Positions 1 through 12,854 of a DNA stretch of 64,000 nucleotides are shown here, in pieces (the stretch's first letter is position 1; the number at the start of each line of letters is the position of its first letter). Below the pieces are notes generated by a model. The model had not been told where the DNA came from, searched no databases, and saw only the letters and a list, made by a program, of their open reading frames with translations. This DNA comes from Eledone cirrhosa (taxonomy: Eukaryota), in contig OZ024742.1 of NCBI GenBank assembly GCA_964016885.1, forward strand, positions 269,824,001 through 269,888,000. The letters are read 5' to 3'. A program made the translations under genes and the position numbers.

Positions 1-364
1 TCGTATCTCATAACAGCAAAACGGTAACATTATTCCACCTCAACTAATCACACTCTCTTTAATGTCATACCCAAAGCCACCAAAACAGAAAGAGATCTCA
101 TGCAAATCAGAAAATTATTTGATAAAATTCCTCCATAAAATTACGAATAAACACCTTACACCTGGATATGTCTCCGAAAACACTCTAAATGAGTGGGTCA
201 TACTGTCCAAATCATGATTTGAAAACTTCGCACTGTGGTGCTATTAAGTTAGACAAGACTGTGGCCGAAAGCTATCAATTTTGTCAAAGATATATATATA
301 TTCATATGTCTTGCTAATTTATTGTAGAACTATCATTCTCTCTTTCCCTCTCTCTCTCTGTACA

Positions 365-451
<87 letters not shown>

Positions 452-653
452 GTATATGATAAGATTCAAGACCCTGACGGCTGAGCTCCGGCCATTTCGA
501 CAGCTAGGTCCGATCAAGGTTCGGGACTAACTGTTGAAACGGCCGGAGCTCTACCGTCGGGGTCTGAATCTTTTCATATTAACCACTCTACTACCCCAAG
601 TATCGAGTCCTCTAGTGTGTTATGGTCCACGTGGTATTTTCTACCGCACCCTA

Positions 654-659
<6 letters not shown>
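452..659 (+). mobile_element. Short fold-back non-autonomous PLE-like element carrying the 3' half of a hammerhead (family I)
   Basis: Imperfect palindrome ~454-579 containing GAAA-CGG..CCG-TC-GGGGTC, then an ~80 bp unique tail; (TA)n on both sides; homologous to 49185-49373 in the opposite orientation. Confidence 0.7.
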
Positions 660-699
<40 letters not shown>

Positions 700-702
<3 letters not shown>

Positions 703-3510
703 CAAATATTGCACCAAGAAAAATGTAAACGTCGGCGTGAAGGAGGATATGTTTGTGTCTATTATTATTGTCTACATATGTTGATTACAAAATATCTTGT
801 TCAATCATATGCAATACTCGATTATGTATCACAATTCATTAGAAAGCTTATAATAGTGGAAATGTCTATCACTACGCGTTATAATTCAGCAATGGGATTT
901 TCAAATTAAGAATATGTAAATAAGTTAAAAATAGAATGAAATAGAGTTGGTTAGTTTTATAGTAGAGAGGAGAGGGAGTGAGGGTAAAGAGTTTCACATT
1001 ATCAAGCTTTGTGCTGTAATGTGGAGCAATTATTATTTGACCATTGGTATGGGTCAACGTTTTTATGTTTATCATATATCGTCACAAGGTTAGAGATGGT
1101 ATAAAGAGAAGGATAGAAAATGAGAGGTTAGAAGTTAAAAGTAATGTAGAGTGGGTAGGGAGGAAATGCATTAAGAAAATGAGATTATTTTGAATATTAC
1201 TGAAATCTTTGTATATGTCTGAACATTTCAAATGCCACAGGAAATCTACTAAATAGGATGTATTAAAACGTAGGTATTAGGGATCGAATCTTGTTCTAGT
1301 CCAGTTTCTATTTAACGAAAGGTTTTAGAAACTTGTGTTTCCTACTAAATATCTTATCATGCCGGTAATTTCGAAGGCCATTTCCGGTCGCTATTTCAAT
1401 TACCTGCGCCAAATATAATTCATAGGAGTGACTTTCATTCTGGAAAGGACGGGCAAATTTCAATACGGAACATTGTAGTGTGTATTCAATATTAGCACAC
1501 TTCTGATCCCAGAATTCTTTCACCAGGGACGTAGCTCTAGCTAAAATGTTTTTTTTTAGCGTGGGTGTGCACATAAGACATAAGTAAATATATAATATAA
1601 TCCAACAATAGTGTGTAAAGATTAGTTTGTGAAACCTAAATGATAGTAGCAAGGAATGCGTATTACATGCAAGACACCTGTTTAGAGGGGACAATACTTA
1701 GTTTAAGCCAAGCATTAAATATATATCGTGAACGTAAATATCTAAATTCCCTTGTACATTATTTTAAGAATAAAAAAAAAATCTACATCTGTAGCCAGAT
1801 ATATTAATAAATTGGTGGAGTCTAACACTGAATACACGACTGTTTTGGGATTTCCTTGCTGACTGTTTTGGGAAGTCCTTGCTAGAGCTTCCCCCTAAAA
1901 CGTTTGTAATAAGCAATGCGACCTCTGTTTGATGGAAGCCTTTTACGTAACATTGTCCGAACCTAACCCAATCAATGATCGAAATGAAATAATAATACAT
2001 TGTCATCATCGGTTGGATTACTCCTTCTCTAATAGGGTTTTTGATTCCACCTAGGTTATAATAATTAGCTTACAATCTGTTCTCCCTTGCTGACACCTTT
2101 TAGTTACCCTTCCAACCTCGTGATTGTTTGAAAATTACTGTCTGATCACACTTTAATCACACATTTTAATGCACTCATTTTATCTAATTCTCATTTACCC
2201 TTCCTTAATGATTTCCGTTCGCGCATGATGGGCATTTAGTCTCAATGTTTATCTCCCAATCCCTATCCTATCGGTTAATAATGCATTTATGTTGCTGAAG
2301 GTGATAGCTATGTGAGTTTGTTGTACGTACCTTGGTATGTCTCCTCCCATACTAAGATTGTTCATGAACCCTTACCTTTAGGGAGTTGATCCCTTTATAT
2401 AGTTACTTTTCATAGTATATTTTATATCCTGTTTGGATGTATTGCTTATGGGGCAGTGTTATACTCGTAATAAGTAGCTATATAACTTGGACACTTTATA
2501 TCTTGAGTCATCACTCTGATTTAACTATGTATATAATTAAATTGCAGCAAAGTTTGAACCCAAAGTTTCGTTTTATAAATCTTAGCCCACACATTAGTTC
2601 AGTCCATGTCTACAAATAGTATAGTACAGACTATCATAGTAAATTTAACCTCGTTATTGAATATGGATATATTGACAATACGTATCTACTACATAATTTT
2701 TCTATTTATATGTTTTTTTCATTAATTTATCTAAAATAATTAATTGAGTCATATATACAATTATGATTAAATTTGCATTATATTATCTTGTCAGTACCCT
2801 ACTGATATATTTTTTCTGCTGCCCCGTTTTAACTTATTTTATCTGCTGCTTTAGGGACATTATATATTAGGGAATTTGAGGATATTGATATATTTATTTT
2901 AAAATCCTTTTCTTTATTTTTACTTTTATTCAATTTCTATTATATAGGTAATTACTAAATTTAAGCTGTATTTATTGAATATCCAGTATTGGGTGGGGAG
3001 AATTATTTATAGCTCCTGAGATAAGAGTGACTTCATGCACTAATCTTTAAAAATAGCCGAATGATATAAAAATAATGTATTTTTCTAATAATAGTAACTA
3101 ACATACATATAATGAATCTCTTCTGTTGTTTTATAGAGGCATTCTGGATAGGAATCATCACCCTTTCATCTTATGTTGTTTGTTTAATTTTTAATTATGG
3201 CCGCCGATGTCTTAATTCCAAGTTTGTAAACAGATGATAAGATGAGACGTCTTCTGGATGATATCAACTATGGTTTCTTTTGGTGAAGTGACCGGTTTGT
3301 TTTTCACACTTGATGAATATTTAAAGTTTATCAATATGTTCTGATGAGAAGGATTTGGTTCTGCTAGCTGTTGATACCAGGTGCGTCTATCGATTGAAAT
3401 ATTGATATTATGTAAGTTTACTCTTTGAATTTTGATCTCTTCCTTGGAAACAATTGAAAACTAATAAACACTTCTTCCTTTTGGTTGAATTTCTCTAATT
3501 ATAACTTTTA
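700..3510 (-). mobile_element. Heavily decayed Penelope-like element remnant
   Basis: Minus-strand fragments at ~1200-2010 resemble PLE RT (DWVRFG..Y..Q....GSS; HP..KKNI thumb motif); bounded by (TA)n; degenerate CTGATGA...GAAA on + at ~3341-3398. Extent uncertain. Confidence 0.4.
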
Positions 3511-3593
3511 TATATAAATTAACCCACTCGATATGCAAATTGGGTTACTCAGCCGTTAATATGCATAAGGTAAGTATATACGTTCAACACTCT

Positions 3594-3658
3594 GGCAGGA
3601 TGGTATACGTTGCTGACGATAGCTAATAAGCTTGAAACTAGTACAGCGTTCCTTTGTC
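3594..3658 (+). ncRNA. Type I hammerhead ribozyme (family A)
   Basis: ACGTTG-CTGACGA-T-AGCT-AATA-AGCT-T-GAAA-CTAG-TA-CAGCGT; stem I ACGTTG/CAGCGT, extended by AGGA/TCCT beyond a bulge; predicted cleavage GUA after 3643. Confidence 0.88.
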
Positions 3659-4102
3659 AGTGTTGAACAAACGAGCAACGATGGTTGCTAGACACTACGG
3701 CTTTATACGGGATGTTTGTTTACAAACACACCGAGCATTGTAATAAATGTTCGGTGAATCCATACGTACATGAATATATGTGTGCATGTATGTATATATA
3801 TATACATACTACTGTACGTCTGTATACATATATGTATGTACGAGGATTGTAATAAATGTTCAGTGAATCCATACGTACATGTATATATGTGTGCATGTAT
3901 GTATATATATATACATACTACTGTACGTCTGTATACATATATGTATTTAAGTAACAGCCGTACTAAGAGTGGGAAATGAAATTTCGTTTCATTTTTTCCG
4001 TTTATCGTTTTCGGTGCACCCGGCTGATTAACCCACTCGATATGCAAATTGGGCTACTCAGCCGTTAATATGCATAAGGTAAGTATATACGTTCAACAAT
4101 CT

Positions 4103-4167
4103 GGCAGGATGATATACGTTGCTGACGATAGCTAATAAGCTTGAAACTAGTACAGCGTTCCTTTGTC
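4103..4167 (+). ncRNA. Type I hammerhead ribozyme (family A)
   Basis: Same core as 3594-3658; CTGACGA 4122-4128; predicted cleavage after 4152. Confidence 0.88.
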
Positions 4168-4423
4168 AGTGTTGAACAAACGAGCAACGATGGTTGCTAG
4201 ACACTACTGTTTTATACGGCATGTTTGTTTACAAACACACCGAGCATTGTAATAAATTTTCGGTGAATCCATACGTACATGTATATATGTGTGCATGTAT
4301 GTATATATATATATATACATACTACTGTATGTCTGTATACATATATGTATGTACGTGTATATACTTTTATTTAAGTAACAGCCGTACTAAGAGTGGGAAA
4401 TGAAATTTTGTTTCATTTTTTCC

Positions 4424-4458
<35 letters not shown>

Positions 4459-4470
4459 TATATATATATA

Positions 4471-5180
4471 GAATATTTGATAATATACCGTATGTTTATT
4501 GAGAAACATTTTGAAGAGCATTCGCTATGAGTTTGAAAGTATTGACTATGTCACTTACTTAGTCCCGTTAAAAACAAAGGGAAACAACTGATGGTCATTT
4601 CTCGCTCGTTAGCAGTTATCAAGATTGCATAGCCCTTCGCTTCCGACGAGATATATAGAAGCTGGATTGTTATAGAATTCCAGTGATGTTTAAGAGCTGA
4701 TTAAGCAGAGCAGTTGCCAGTTAAGCAAACATCAAGAATTGGTACCAGTGCTCTGAAATAGCGATGTATTCATGAAAGTATGTATAGTATATTTGATAAT
4801 ATACTGTATGTTTATTTCAAAATATTTTGAAGATCATTCGCTATGAGTTATAAAGTAGTAACTGTGTGACTAACTAAACAAAGGGAAGAAACCGAATATA
4901 CTATAACATACATTCATATTACCTCGCTATTTCAGAGCACTGATACTAATTCCTATTTTTTTGCTGGACCGGTTCTGTTTAATTAGCTCTTAAACATCAT
5001 TTGAATTTTATAAGAATCCAGCGTCAATAATTCTCGGCGGAAGCGAAGGGATATGCAATCTTGATAACTGTTAACGAGCGAGATTTTGGCCATCGGCTGC
5101 TTTCCTTTGTTTTTGCCGAGACTAAATAAGTGACATAGTCACTACTTCAAAACTCATAGGGAATGGTCATCAAAATGTTG
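4471..5180. repeat. Tandem-plus-inverted repeat element (~316 bp unit) with a degenerate HHR-like motif
   Basis: ATATTTGATAATATA recurs at ~4473 and ~4789; 4897-5180 is an inverted copy of ~4505-4790; copies carry TTGA(A/T)GA...GAAA-GT..AC-TA-TGTC variants. Confidence 0.7.
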
Positions 5181-6850
5181 GGTTTCACTTCAGTTTATTA
5201 TAAGTTTCCGATTGGTTCGATAACCGGAAGGTCGTTTATATATTGACAAAACACTTTCGTCAAACATTCTTTGACCTCCTCAGTGACTAGGTTTTTATTT
5301 TGTCTCACACATCTGTACTACCACATCTTATTTTTGTGTGTTGTGTGCTTAGTTTACGCATGTGTTACATTGTGTGCGTGTTTGTGTGTGTTTATGTGTG
5401 TTTGTGCTTGTGTGTGTGCGTTTATTCATTTATTTATGTGGTTAATAATTTGACACTAGTTGGTTTGTTTGTTCTATCTCTGTGTGTCTGATTTGTTTTG
5501 TTAGTTTGGTTTTTGTGTGTCTGTCCTTAATCACTTGTAGTGATGTTGTAATTCCACTCATGTTTTCTGTTTAATCTTGGTGGAGTCCCTTATATTCGTT
5601 GCCTCTGTGATTTGCCTGAGCAGTGCATCTTTTCCTTGTGTGGATATAATTGTTATCTCTATATTCTCTAATGTGCTTACATGTTATATTTTTTAATGTT
5701 GATGGAGTACTGATGAATTTTTCCCATCCTGGAATTCTCGCCAGTGTTCACTTATCCTTTCTCATATGCTACGGGCTGTTTCACCTATTTATGCAATATT
5801 CTTATTCCTACACTGTTCCTCAGTACATCTTATGTCATATACTACCTTCCTAGTTTTGCACTTAATTTGTGGGCTTAGCTGGCAGACAATGGATTTCCAA
5901 TCAGCACTAGGAGTTCTTTGTAATGGTTATGTTTTGCTAATTAGGGTTTTTATAAGAATACCTGGTCTTTCAACTATCTTAATATTTAATTTAAGCTTGT
6001 TCGCATCTAGGGGTTGTGTTGACGAACATTACACTCTGGTATTTATTGTATCGTACCATAAGTTTAATTTATTTGCCTTATTCTTAATCCTTTCTATTCT
6101 CTTCCAAAATGTGCTCCTGCACATGGCGCAAGTTATATTTGCACCATGTTCAATAAAATTTGCCCATTTGTTTCTAGCTCCTTTATATACCCTGACCTTG
6201 TCTCTCTAATTGAAGCCAGCAAACTGCGTGCAGTGGATGAAGTGTTGTATGTGTCTCTCTAATTCGTTGGGTTTGCACATGCGGGACACGTTTCTCTTCA
6301 CTCTTACTAAGTCCGCAATCACTATGTTGATCTTTATATGATCCGAAACAGCTGCGTTTCGGTGGATCAGGTATTTAGAGGTCTTGGGTTTGGCATAACA
6401 GGAATGTAGGATTTGCGTTCTATTACTAATAGTTTGCAACCAGACTATTGTCTAGTATAGGTAATCTATGGTCGGGGTGTTTATTTGGGTAGTCCATAGT
6501 AACTTTGATACTCTTGTGGATGGATGTAGATATTTACTGGTTGCTTTCCATGGTGTTCTTCTCTAAATTCTGACTGTTCTTCTGTGGGGGGTCTTTTACT
6601 ACAATATTTATGTCATCTACGTAGCGGGAGTACATAGGGTTATAACATTGTCGTCTAATTGGTCCTTAAGCGTTTTGTCTCAATATACTATAACGAGGTT
6701 AGCTAAGTCACCTACAATGCTAACGCCAATGCCTGCTCTTTTCTCCTGAGCATATGCTTTGCCATTAAGTTTGAATATATGTTCCTTAAGGGTTTGTTTT
6801 ATACTGGCCCCCACCGCATGTGCGATCATTGTCTTTAATTCATCATGGTT
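5181..6850 (-). mobile_element. 5'-truncated decayed Penelope-like element (RT + GIY-YIG + pLTR with HHR)
   Basis: Minus-strand FKLNGKAYAQEKRAGIG..GDLANL and YSRYVDDI (~6600-6790); GIY-YIG CKTRKVVYDIRC..IGETARS..ERI.EHW (~5540-5870), homologous to 22918-23301; HHR-like CTGAGGA-GGTCAAA..TTTGAC-GAAA at ~5243-5288. Confidence 0.85.
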
Positions 6851-7086
6851 TTAATCATATTATATCATAAATAATTCAAATGCATTATGCAGGTTAAATA
6901 ATACAGTTTACCGAGCTTCCTTTTTATGAAGTATATTTAGATATAATAATATAGATGATATAGGATATTTGCACGCAGTTAGACGGTTCGCCTAGAACGA
7001 ATAATGAAACGTATCATTCTTCTTTATCAGACATTCCATGGACTTATTAATATGTGTGTGTTTGTGTTTGTGTGTGTGTGTAAGTG

Positions 7087-7120
<34 letters not shown>

Positions 7121-7846
7121 TGTGCGCGCTCGCGCGTGGGTGTATGCATGTATGTTTGTGTGTATGTCTGTGTGTGTGCAAATTTATAAATACATCACTG
7201 ACCGAAAATGAAAGTAGCACAGTTCTCCACGCAAGCATTATAATCTTGTGAACGTACGCCAGATTAATTTTGTAGGTTAATTGGAACATCATATTATATT
7301 CGTATAAATTGCAGTGCTTTGATCGTTCTTCATTAACGTGCAAAATATGAATTCAGAACACAATGAGACGTAAGCGGAACCTCAAAATATTTCGTTTGTT
7401 TTTTCATTTTTCACTTAAATATGAAGGCTTAATGTAATTTCCATTTGTGTTAGCTTAGATTTTGTATAAATGCCACAAATATTGTAGCCACATTTTTTCT
7501 TATATACTTATTTTACTCTATGAGATTGTAAGAGAATTTACAAACCTCCGTTCAGTCGTACCTAATTTATATTTGGCTCTATTTGTTAACCATTTAGGAA
7601 TGTAAGAAGACAACTTTAAGACAGCCAACAGCATAGATCCTCGTTATATTCATTCTACATCAAGTAAGCAGCGTTAAAATTCAGAAGGAAAGGTTTGAGC
7701 ATGTTTCCTGTCAGTAAGGAAAATTGACTCATATACATTATTTCCGCACAATTAAGTATTATAAGTTTCAAAAGCTGCAAATTTTTTATTCATCCTTTTT
7801 TAAATCCTTTTTTGGGTATCTAACACCGGTATCTAACATCAATATC

Positions 7847-7962
7847 TCATGCTCACTCATTTATCTATTGACTTCTATGTTTGCATAATAATAGTTTTGC
7901 TAGGTCATGCTCACTCATTTATCTATTGACTTCTATGTTTGCATAATAATAGTTTTGCTAGG
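7847..7962. repeat. Perfect 58 bp tandem duplication
   Basis: TCATGCTCACTCATTTATCTATTGACTTCTATGTTTGCATAATAATAGTTTTGCTAGG twice (7847-7904, 7905-7962). Confidence 0.9.
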
Positions 7963-7964
7963 TT

Positions 7965-9138
7965 TTGATATTGGAGAAGAAAATATGGTTGCTCTAGTAC
8001 ATAAAACTATTTCAGATGACTTCTGCAAACCAGTTACATTTCTCATTGCGCTGCTGTTTGAGATATAAATGCCATTTCTAGATATTATGTACAAGCACGT
8101 GTACTTTAGAGTCGAACATTTTTTCTCTTTTTTTTTTCTTTTCAGTTCCATCTTTTCTATTAATGTTTTTGTATATTTATCTCATGTATCTATAACTCAC
8201 GTTATGTTTTGTACATTTTGTGAGATTATGAGAACTATTTGTATTTGAAGAAGGAATACATTTTGAATATCCCTCTCAACGTTTAGCATATAAATACGTG
8301 GCTCACAACACAGTTTTACTCCGTATATAGACTCCTACGTTTGACCGCCATAATCGGTCAATCTAGTATATTATAGAAATTGATATAAGAAATTGGAACC
8401 TGAGCATTATTACTTTGGCAGTTGATATCCATGAAGTTTGGGAACTATAACATTTCTCACAAATGCATTGAGCGACAGCTTTAAACAATAACTTCATATC
8501 TGGAGCAGAACAAGTAGGAAAAGATTAAAATTGTTGAATTGTGCACACATGAATGCTATTGTATTATAGGGAAAACACTGTACAAGTGTTGACTGATGAA
8601 ATATAAGCTGCAACAAATTTCTCTTCGGGGAAGTTTGTTGCATCCTTATTTACGCAATGACAAAAACTGAAAAATAATTGTTTCCAGAGAAATGTGTAAA
8701 AATGTATAATCGAAACACACTCATTTCATGTAGATGATCGTTTTATGCTGAATGGTGATTAAAATATAAACTGTTAAATCATAATCATGTATAAGTGGAA
8801 ACTAATTATAAAATCAACAATCGATTTTCGACTTGTCTGACGTGTGTTTGGAAATCATAAAAATAAAAAAAATAAATATCTGTAAAAAGCAATAATTCTC
8901 TTCTAGCTTAGCAGATTTAATCCGTCGTGTCGTTTAAAACTTATCACTTTGAAACATTACTGTTGCAAATATTCGAGAGTTCTTCTAACAGAGGACAATG
9001 CCATATTCTTCCTAAAGTCACAACATCTGTAAAAAGGGTCTTCAGCGCTATTGGTTCTATCTTAACTATAATAAAGAAAGGAGTGCGGAACTGCACCCAG
9101 AATATAATTTTGTTATCCAGTTTGTGAAATAAGTTGGA
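7965..9138 (+). pseudogene. Possible very old hAT-like transposase remnant
   Basis: P.VTTSVKRVFS (~9010-9047) resembles the hAT dimerisation motif P.TS..VERSFS; downstream segment homologous to ~16660-16870. Weak. Confidence 0.3.
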
Positions 9139-9149
9139 TTACTTTGAAT

Positions 9150-9337
9150 TGTTTCTACTTTTGGCACAAGGCCAGCAATTATGCCAGTGTATTACTGGTA
9201 CTTTATTTTATCGACCCCGAAAGGATGAAAGGCAAAGTTAACCTCGGCGGGATTTGAACTCAGAATGGCAAGGACCGTAACTCTATGCGTCAAAGCATGG
9301 CGTCCGACCCTCTACTGATACTGCCAATCATCCGCCC
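9150..9337 (-). mobile_element. tRNA-derived SINE with 11 bp target-site duplication
   Basis: Minus-strand A box TGGCAGTATCAG, B box GAGTTCAAATCC, central GCCTTTCATCCTTTCGGGGTCGATAAA; TSD TTACTTTGAAT at 9139-9149 and 9338-9348; empty-site paralogue at ~16733-16760. Confidence 0.9.
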
Positions 9338-9664
9338 TTACTTTGAATAAATAATGAATGGATATTACATAATTTAACTACAACACATGATTAAACATAT
9401 ATTAAAAATATTATTGCATAGTTCAAGACACATCTTTTAAACAATTCAAATTTCAATGCTTCCGGTATATATAGAGAGCGAGTGAAAGAGAAATATGAAG
9501 CGATTTGGAATGTTTTCAATACGCTGATGTGTGTGCGTGTGCGTGAGTGTATGTTGTTGTTTTTTTGATTTTATAAAATTGCTAGAGCGAGAAAGAGAGA
9601 TTGTATGTGTGAGTATATAAAGAGAGTAGTGACTGTGACATATATATATGTATATATATATATA

Positions 9665-10951
9665 CTATAAAGCTGACGGCCTTATGTAGGAAACCAATTT
9701 TCGCCAAACGGCTGGACCACACAGCACCAAATTTGCACCATAGATGTAACTTTTTCCAAGTAAGAAAGTGAGGATATTTCTGTCTACTGAATTTTCTTAA
9801 AAGATTAACGACATTATTTAAATATTCACTTCTTTAAAATTTCAAATGTCAAGACATCCGGTTATACGTCATTCCTCACTTTTTCTTATGACGTCGCACA
9901 ACATTCCCCTCTTTTTATATGCCTTTGTATGTCTGGCTATCTGCATTAGATAACGTTTTTCGAAATATTTACTTCTGCGTTCACAGACGGATATTTTTAG
10001 TTTCAGAAAATCCCGTTAAGTGTGAAAGCAACGATTCTTTGCTTAAACTTTAATTCTCTTATTTTAATATATATATTCGTGTACATATATTTTTGTATAC
10101 ACAAATACAAAAACCTATTTATTTCACGAAAGCAGAGACGGCTTATCATCATTGTTACTGTTCGAGGTTAGAGGACCACAGTCTTTCCAAGATCTGAGAA
10201 CGATCAATGGCCACTTACCGTTTGGCTTGCCAGATGTGTGGTATGTTACATGATGACAACCATTGGCACCTCACACTACAAGGAGCAGCAACTGCTAAAG
10301 TCCCTTCTCAGCTGCGAAAACGTTTTGCTATTATGCTGCTCAACTGCGAACTCACCGATCATTTCGCACTGTGGAACAAACACACAAACACTATCCAAAC
10401 GTAACATACGATGTCGTCTTCAATGAGGCGTTCATTTGTCTTGAAAACAGTGTCCAGGAGATTGGTGGTAGGCCTCTAAATCACTACAGCTTACTTGCTC
10501 CTGACAGGAGTGTCCAGATATCAACGTCTACAGAGCTTCTCCGCGAGACGAGTTCCGAGATCAGTGATTCTTACGAGATCAGTGATTCTTACGAGATCAG
10601 TGATTCTTACGGGATCAATGATTCTTACGAGATCAGTGATTAGCAATGTAATTTAAATATTTTCTGTTACTTGGAATTTCCATTATGGTTGTACAAATTA
10701 TTGTTTGTTAAAACATGTGTTCTTTGTTCAGCCTTTATTGTTGTAACTATCAATTTTCTTTAACGTACTGGCTGCTGAACTGGGGAATGCTAAAAGTATT
10801 CAAACCCAACATCAGAGCACGTTAACCTCCACCCCACTCACCTTGCTGACTTGAGAGCGCGTGCGTTATCTTTGTACTGGGGTGTATGGGGGATTCCTGG
10901 ATTGATATAATGCAGGTATACCTTGCCGGGCGCCAGCCGGATGGGTCAAGG
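9665..10951 (+). mobile_element. Non-autonomous Helitron with an internal RepHel fragment
   Basis: VRGPQSFQDLRTING..TYRLAC..GML.DD.HW..TL..A....QLRK.FA.ML..C...D...LW.KH (~10160-10390) is typical of the Helitron Rep-helicase linker; subterminal hairpin CCGG..CCGG at 10926-10940; ends shared with 43110-44250. Confidence 0.85.
10557..10640. repeat. 18 bp minisatellite (GAGATCAGTGATTCTTAC, ~4.7 copies)
   Basis: Directly visible tandem units inside the Helitron. Confidence 0.9.
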
Positions 10952-11090
10952 TATATATATTTATATATATATATTCACGCAAACACAAACATATAAAAAT
11001 AAACGGCCACGGACATACATTCACATAAATACACATACTTTCACGCACATACATTTACACAAACACACACGAACAGTCATGATAGCAGCG

Positions 11091-12025
11091 TTAGGTGAGT
11101 TGGAAATGGGAGGGTAATACAAGTATAATATTTTATTTATTTATTAACAACACAGTTAAACTCTTTTTATAAAACTCATTTGTATAAACAATTAATATAA
11201 AGCTTACAGAAAGAACAAATGTAATATATATAAAGGAAGGGGAACGGAAAAAAGGAAAGAGAAAAACATACACAAGCACGTAATAGGTGAGTTGGAAATG
11301 GGAGGGTAATACAAGTATAATATTTTATTTATTTATTAACAACACAGTTAAACTCTTTTTATAAAACTCATTTGTATAAACAATTAATATAAAGCTTACA
11401 GAACGAACAAATGTAATATATATAAAGGAAGGGGAAAGGAAAAAAGGAAAGAGAAAAACATACACAAGCACGTAATACCCACATCGCAGACCACACAAAA
11501 GTCAGGCGAAACGAGTGGACAAACGAGACGCAACCAGAGCAAACAATAACAATATAGCGAGGAGCACTGGAAAACCTCTCTAATAATTGTTTAGGCAAGC
11601 CAGCACGCTCACCGCGTTACCTGGGGTGATGGCGAGGCTGAGGTGCTTGAACAACCAAGTGCTTTCACGAGCATCACCAGTTACCTTTGTTTGGCGAGCC
11701 ACCAGTGAAGATAAGAACCTCGCTCTCAGTCGCCCGACTCCCACAAACATGTCAAACGCCACAGGCTGGATAATTAGTTAGCTGACAGAACACTGTATTT
11801 CAGGATTTTATTCCGTTCAGCTGCGGATGCTGTAGCTCTCGCCCTTAACGCTGCATCCATGATGTGGGAAGAAGCAAAAGAGTCACTAAGTGCGACGTCC
11901 CAGGTAAGGAACCTGCCTCTTGACCAGGAGCACAGAGTAAAACCGTCAAGTCTTTTCAAATCAATTCTGGATAAGCCAGACGGTTCCAAAATTGAGGTGA
12001 TGTTTTCCCGGGCCAAAGCTCTTAA
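11091..12025 (-). mobile_element. 3' fragment of a CRE-clade non-LTR retrotransposon (restriction-like endonuclease), with a tandemly duplicated 3' end
   Basis: EPSGLSRIDLKRLDG.TL..WSRGR.L.WDV..D..A.S..AAE.NK..KY and TGDARE..WL...LSLAI..GNA.SV (ORFs 11774-12016, 11580-11762); ~193 bp direct duplication 11091-11283/11284-11476. Confidence 0.8.
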
Positions 12026-12214
12026 GTGGTAATAGGACAGTGTATGTATGTGCTAGTGCATGATTTTGTCGGCGTTCGGAAATTAGAGACATGTGTATGT
12101 GTGTGTCACTGTTTTTAAGTTAGAGACATATATGTGTGTATTCCTTTCCTTCCTTTTACACACGCATACATTCACACAAACACCCATACACATTGTGTGA
12201 TGGACGGGTGGACA

Positions 12215-12854
12215 GAAGTCCCTCAAATGTATATAAATGTGAATGGAGTTCTACTGAAGCAGTTAGAGAAGTTCAAGTATCTTGGAGCCGTGTTCATGAG
12301 TGATGGAATGCAGGAGGCTGAATTAAGTGCAAGAATTGCAAAAGCTGATGCAGTAATGCGCCAGCCTCAGCAATCAGGAGAAGGGTGTAGGTGTAAAAGC
12401 CAAACTCGCTGTCTTCCTGGTATTCCTGTCAACTTTTACCGATCTTCAATAATGACCAACAGAATACAATTACAAATAAAAACTGCAGAAATGGAAATCC
12501 CCTGAATAGTCTTTGGAGTAACGTTACACGATAAAGTGCATAGCTCAGAGACCAGAGAGTCACTGGTGGTAGAGCCGCTACTTCTCCGAATTGAGAGATC
12601 ACAACTCCGATATTATGAGTATGTATTTAGAATGTTTCAGTAAAGAATCGCTGGACACGTTTTACAGGCTTAAACTAAACGGCAAGGGACCTAGAGGTAG
12701 ACCCTAAGCAAGATAGTTGTATAACATCCATGAGCTTGGCTGGTCTCGCTTTGGGATCCAGCTGGATCAGTTAGAGATGTTTGCTTCTGACAGACTTGCC
12801 GGAAGGAGTGTTTGCCACCACCACCCTCTCAGAAAAAAGTGTGCGAAGAAGAAG
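12215..12854 (+). mobile_element. 5'-truncated RTE-clade (Rex3/Expander-like) LINE
   Basis: LKQLEKFKYLGAVFMSDG..E.ELSARIAKA.AVMR; degenerate QLRYY..V.RM and RPRGRP; short GAA tail; homologous to 25990-26552. Confidence 0.8.

Larger units (their letters stand above)
3518..4428 (+). mobile_element. Retrozyme-like tandem repeat, family A, locus 1 (~1.8 monomers, two HHRs)
   Basis: Direct repeat with CTGACGA at 3613 and 4122 (period 509, including a ~110 bp internal duplication); TA-rich flanks. Confidence 0.85.

Noticed and set aside
3330-3415. Hammerhead at CTGATGA (3341) ... GAAA (~3396)
   Set aside because: No consistent stem I and cleavage triplet; at best a decayed copy.
10557-10640. Regular short repeats resembling a CRISPR array
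   Set aside because: Contiguous 18 bp units with no spacers, in eukaryotic context, with no cas genes.
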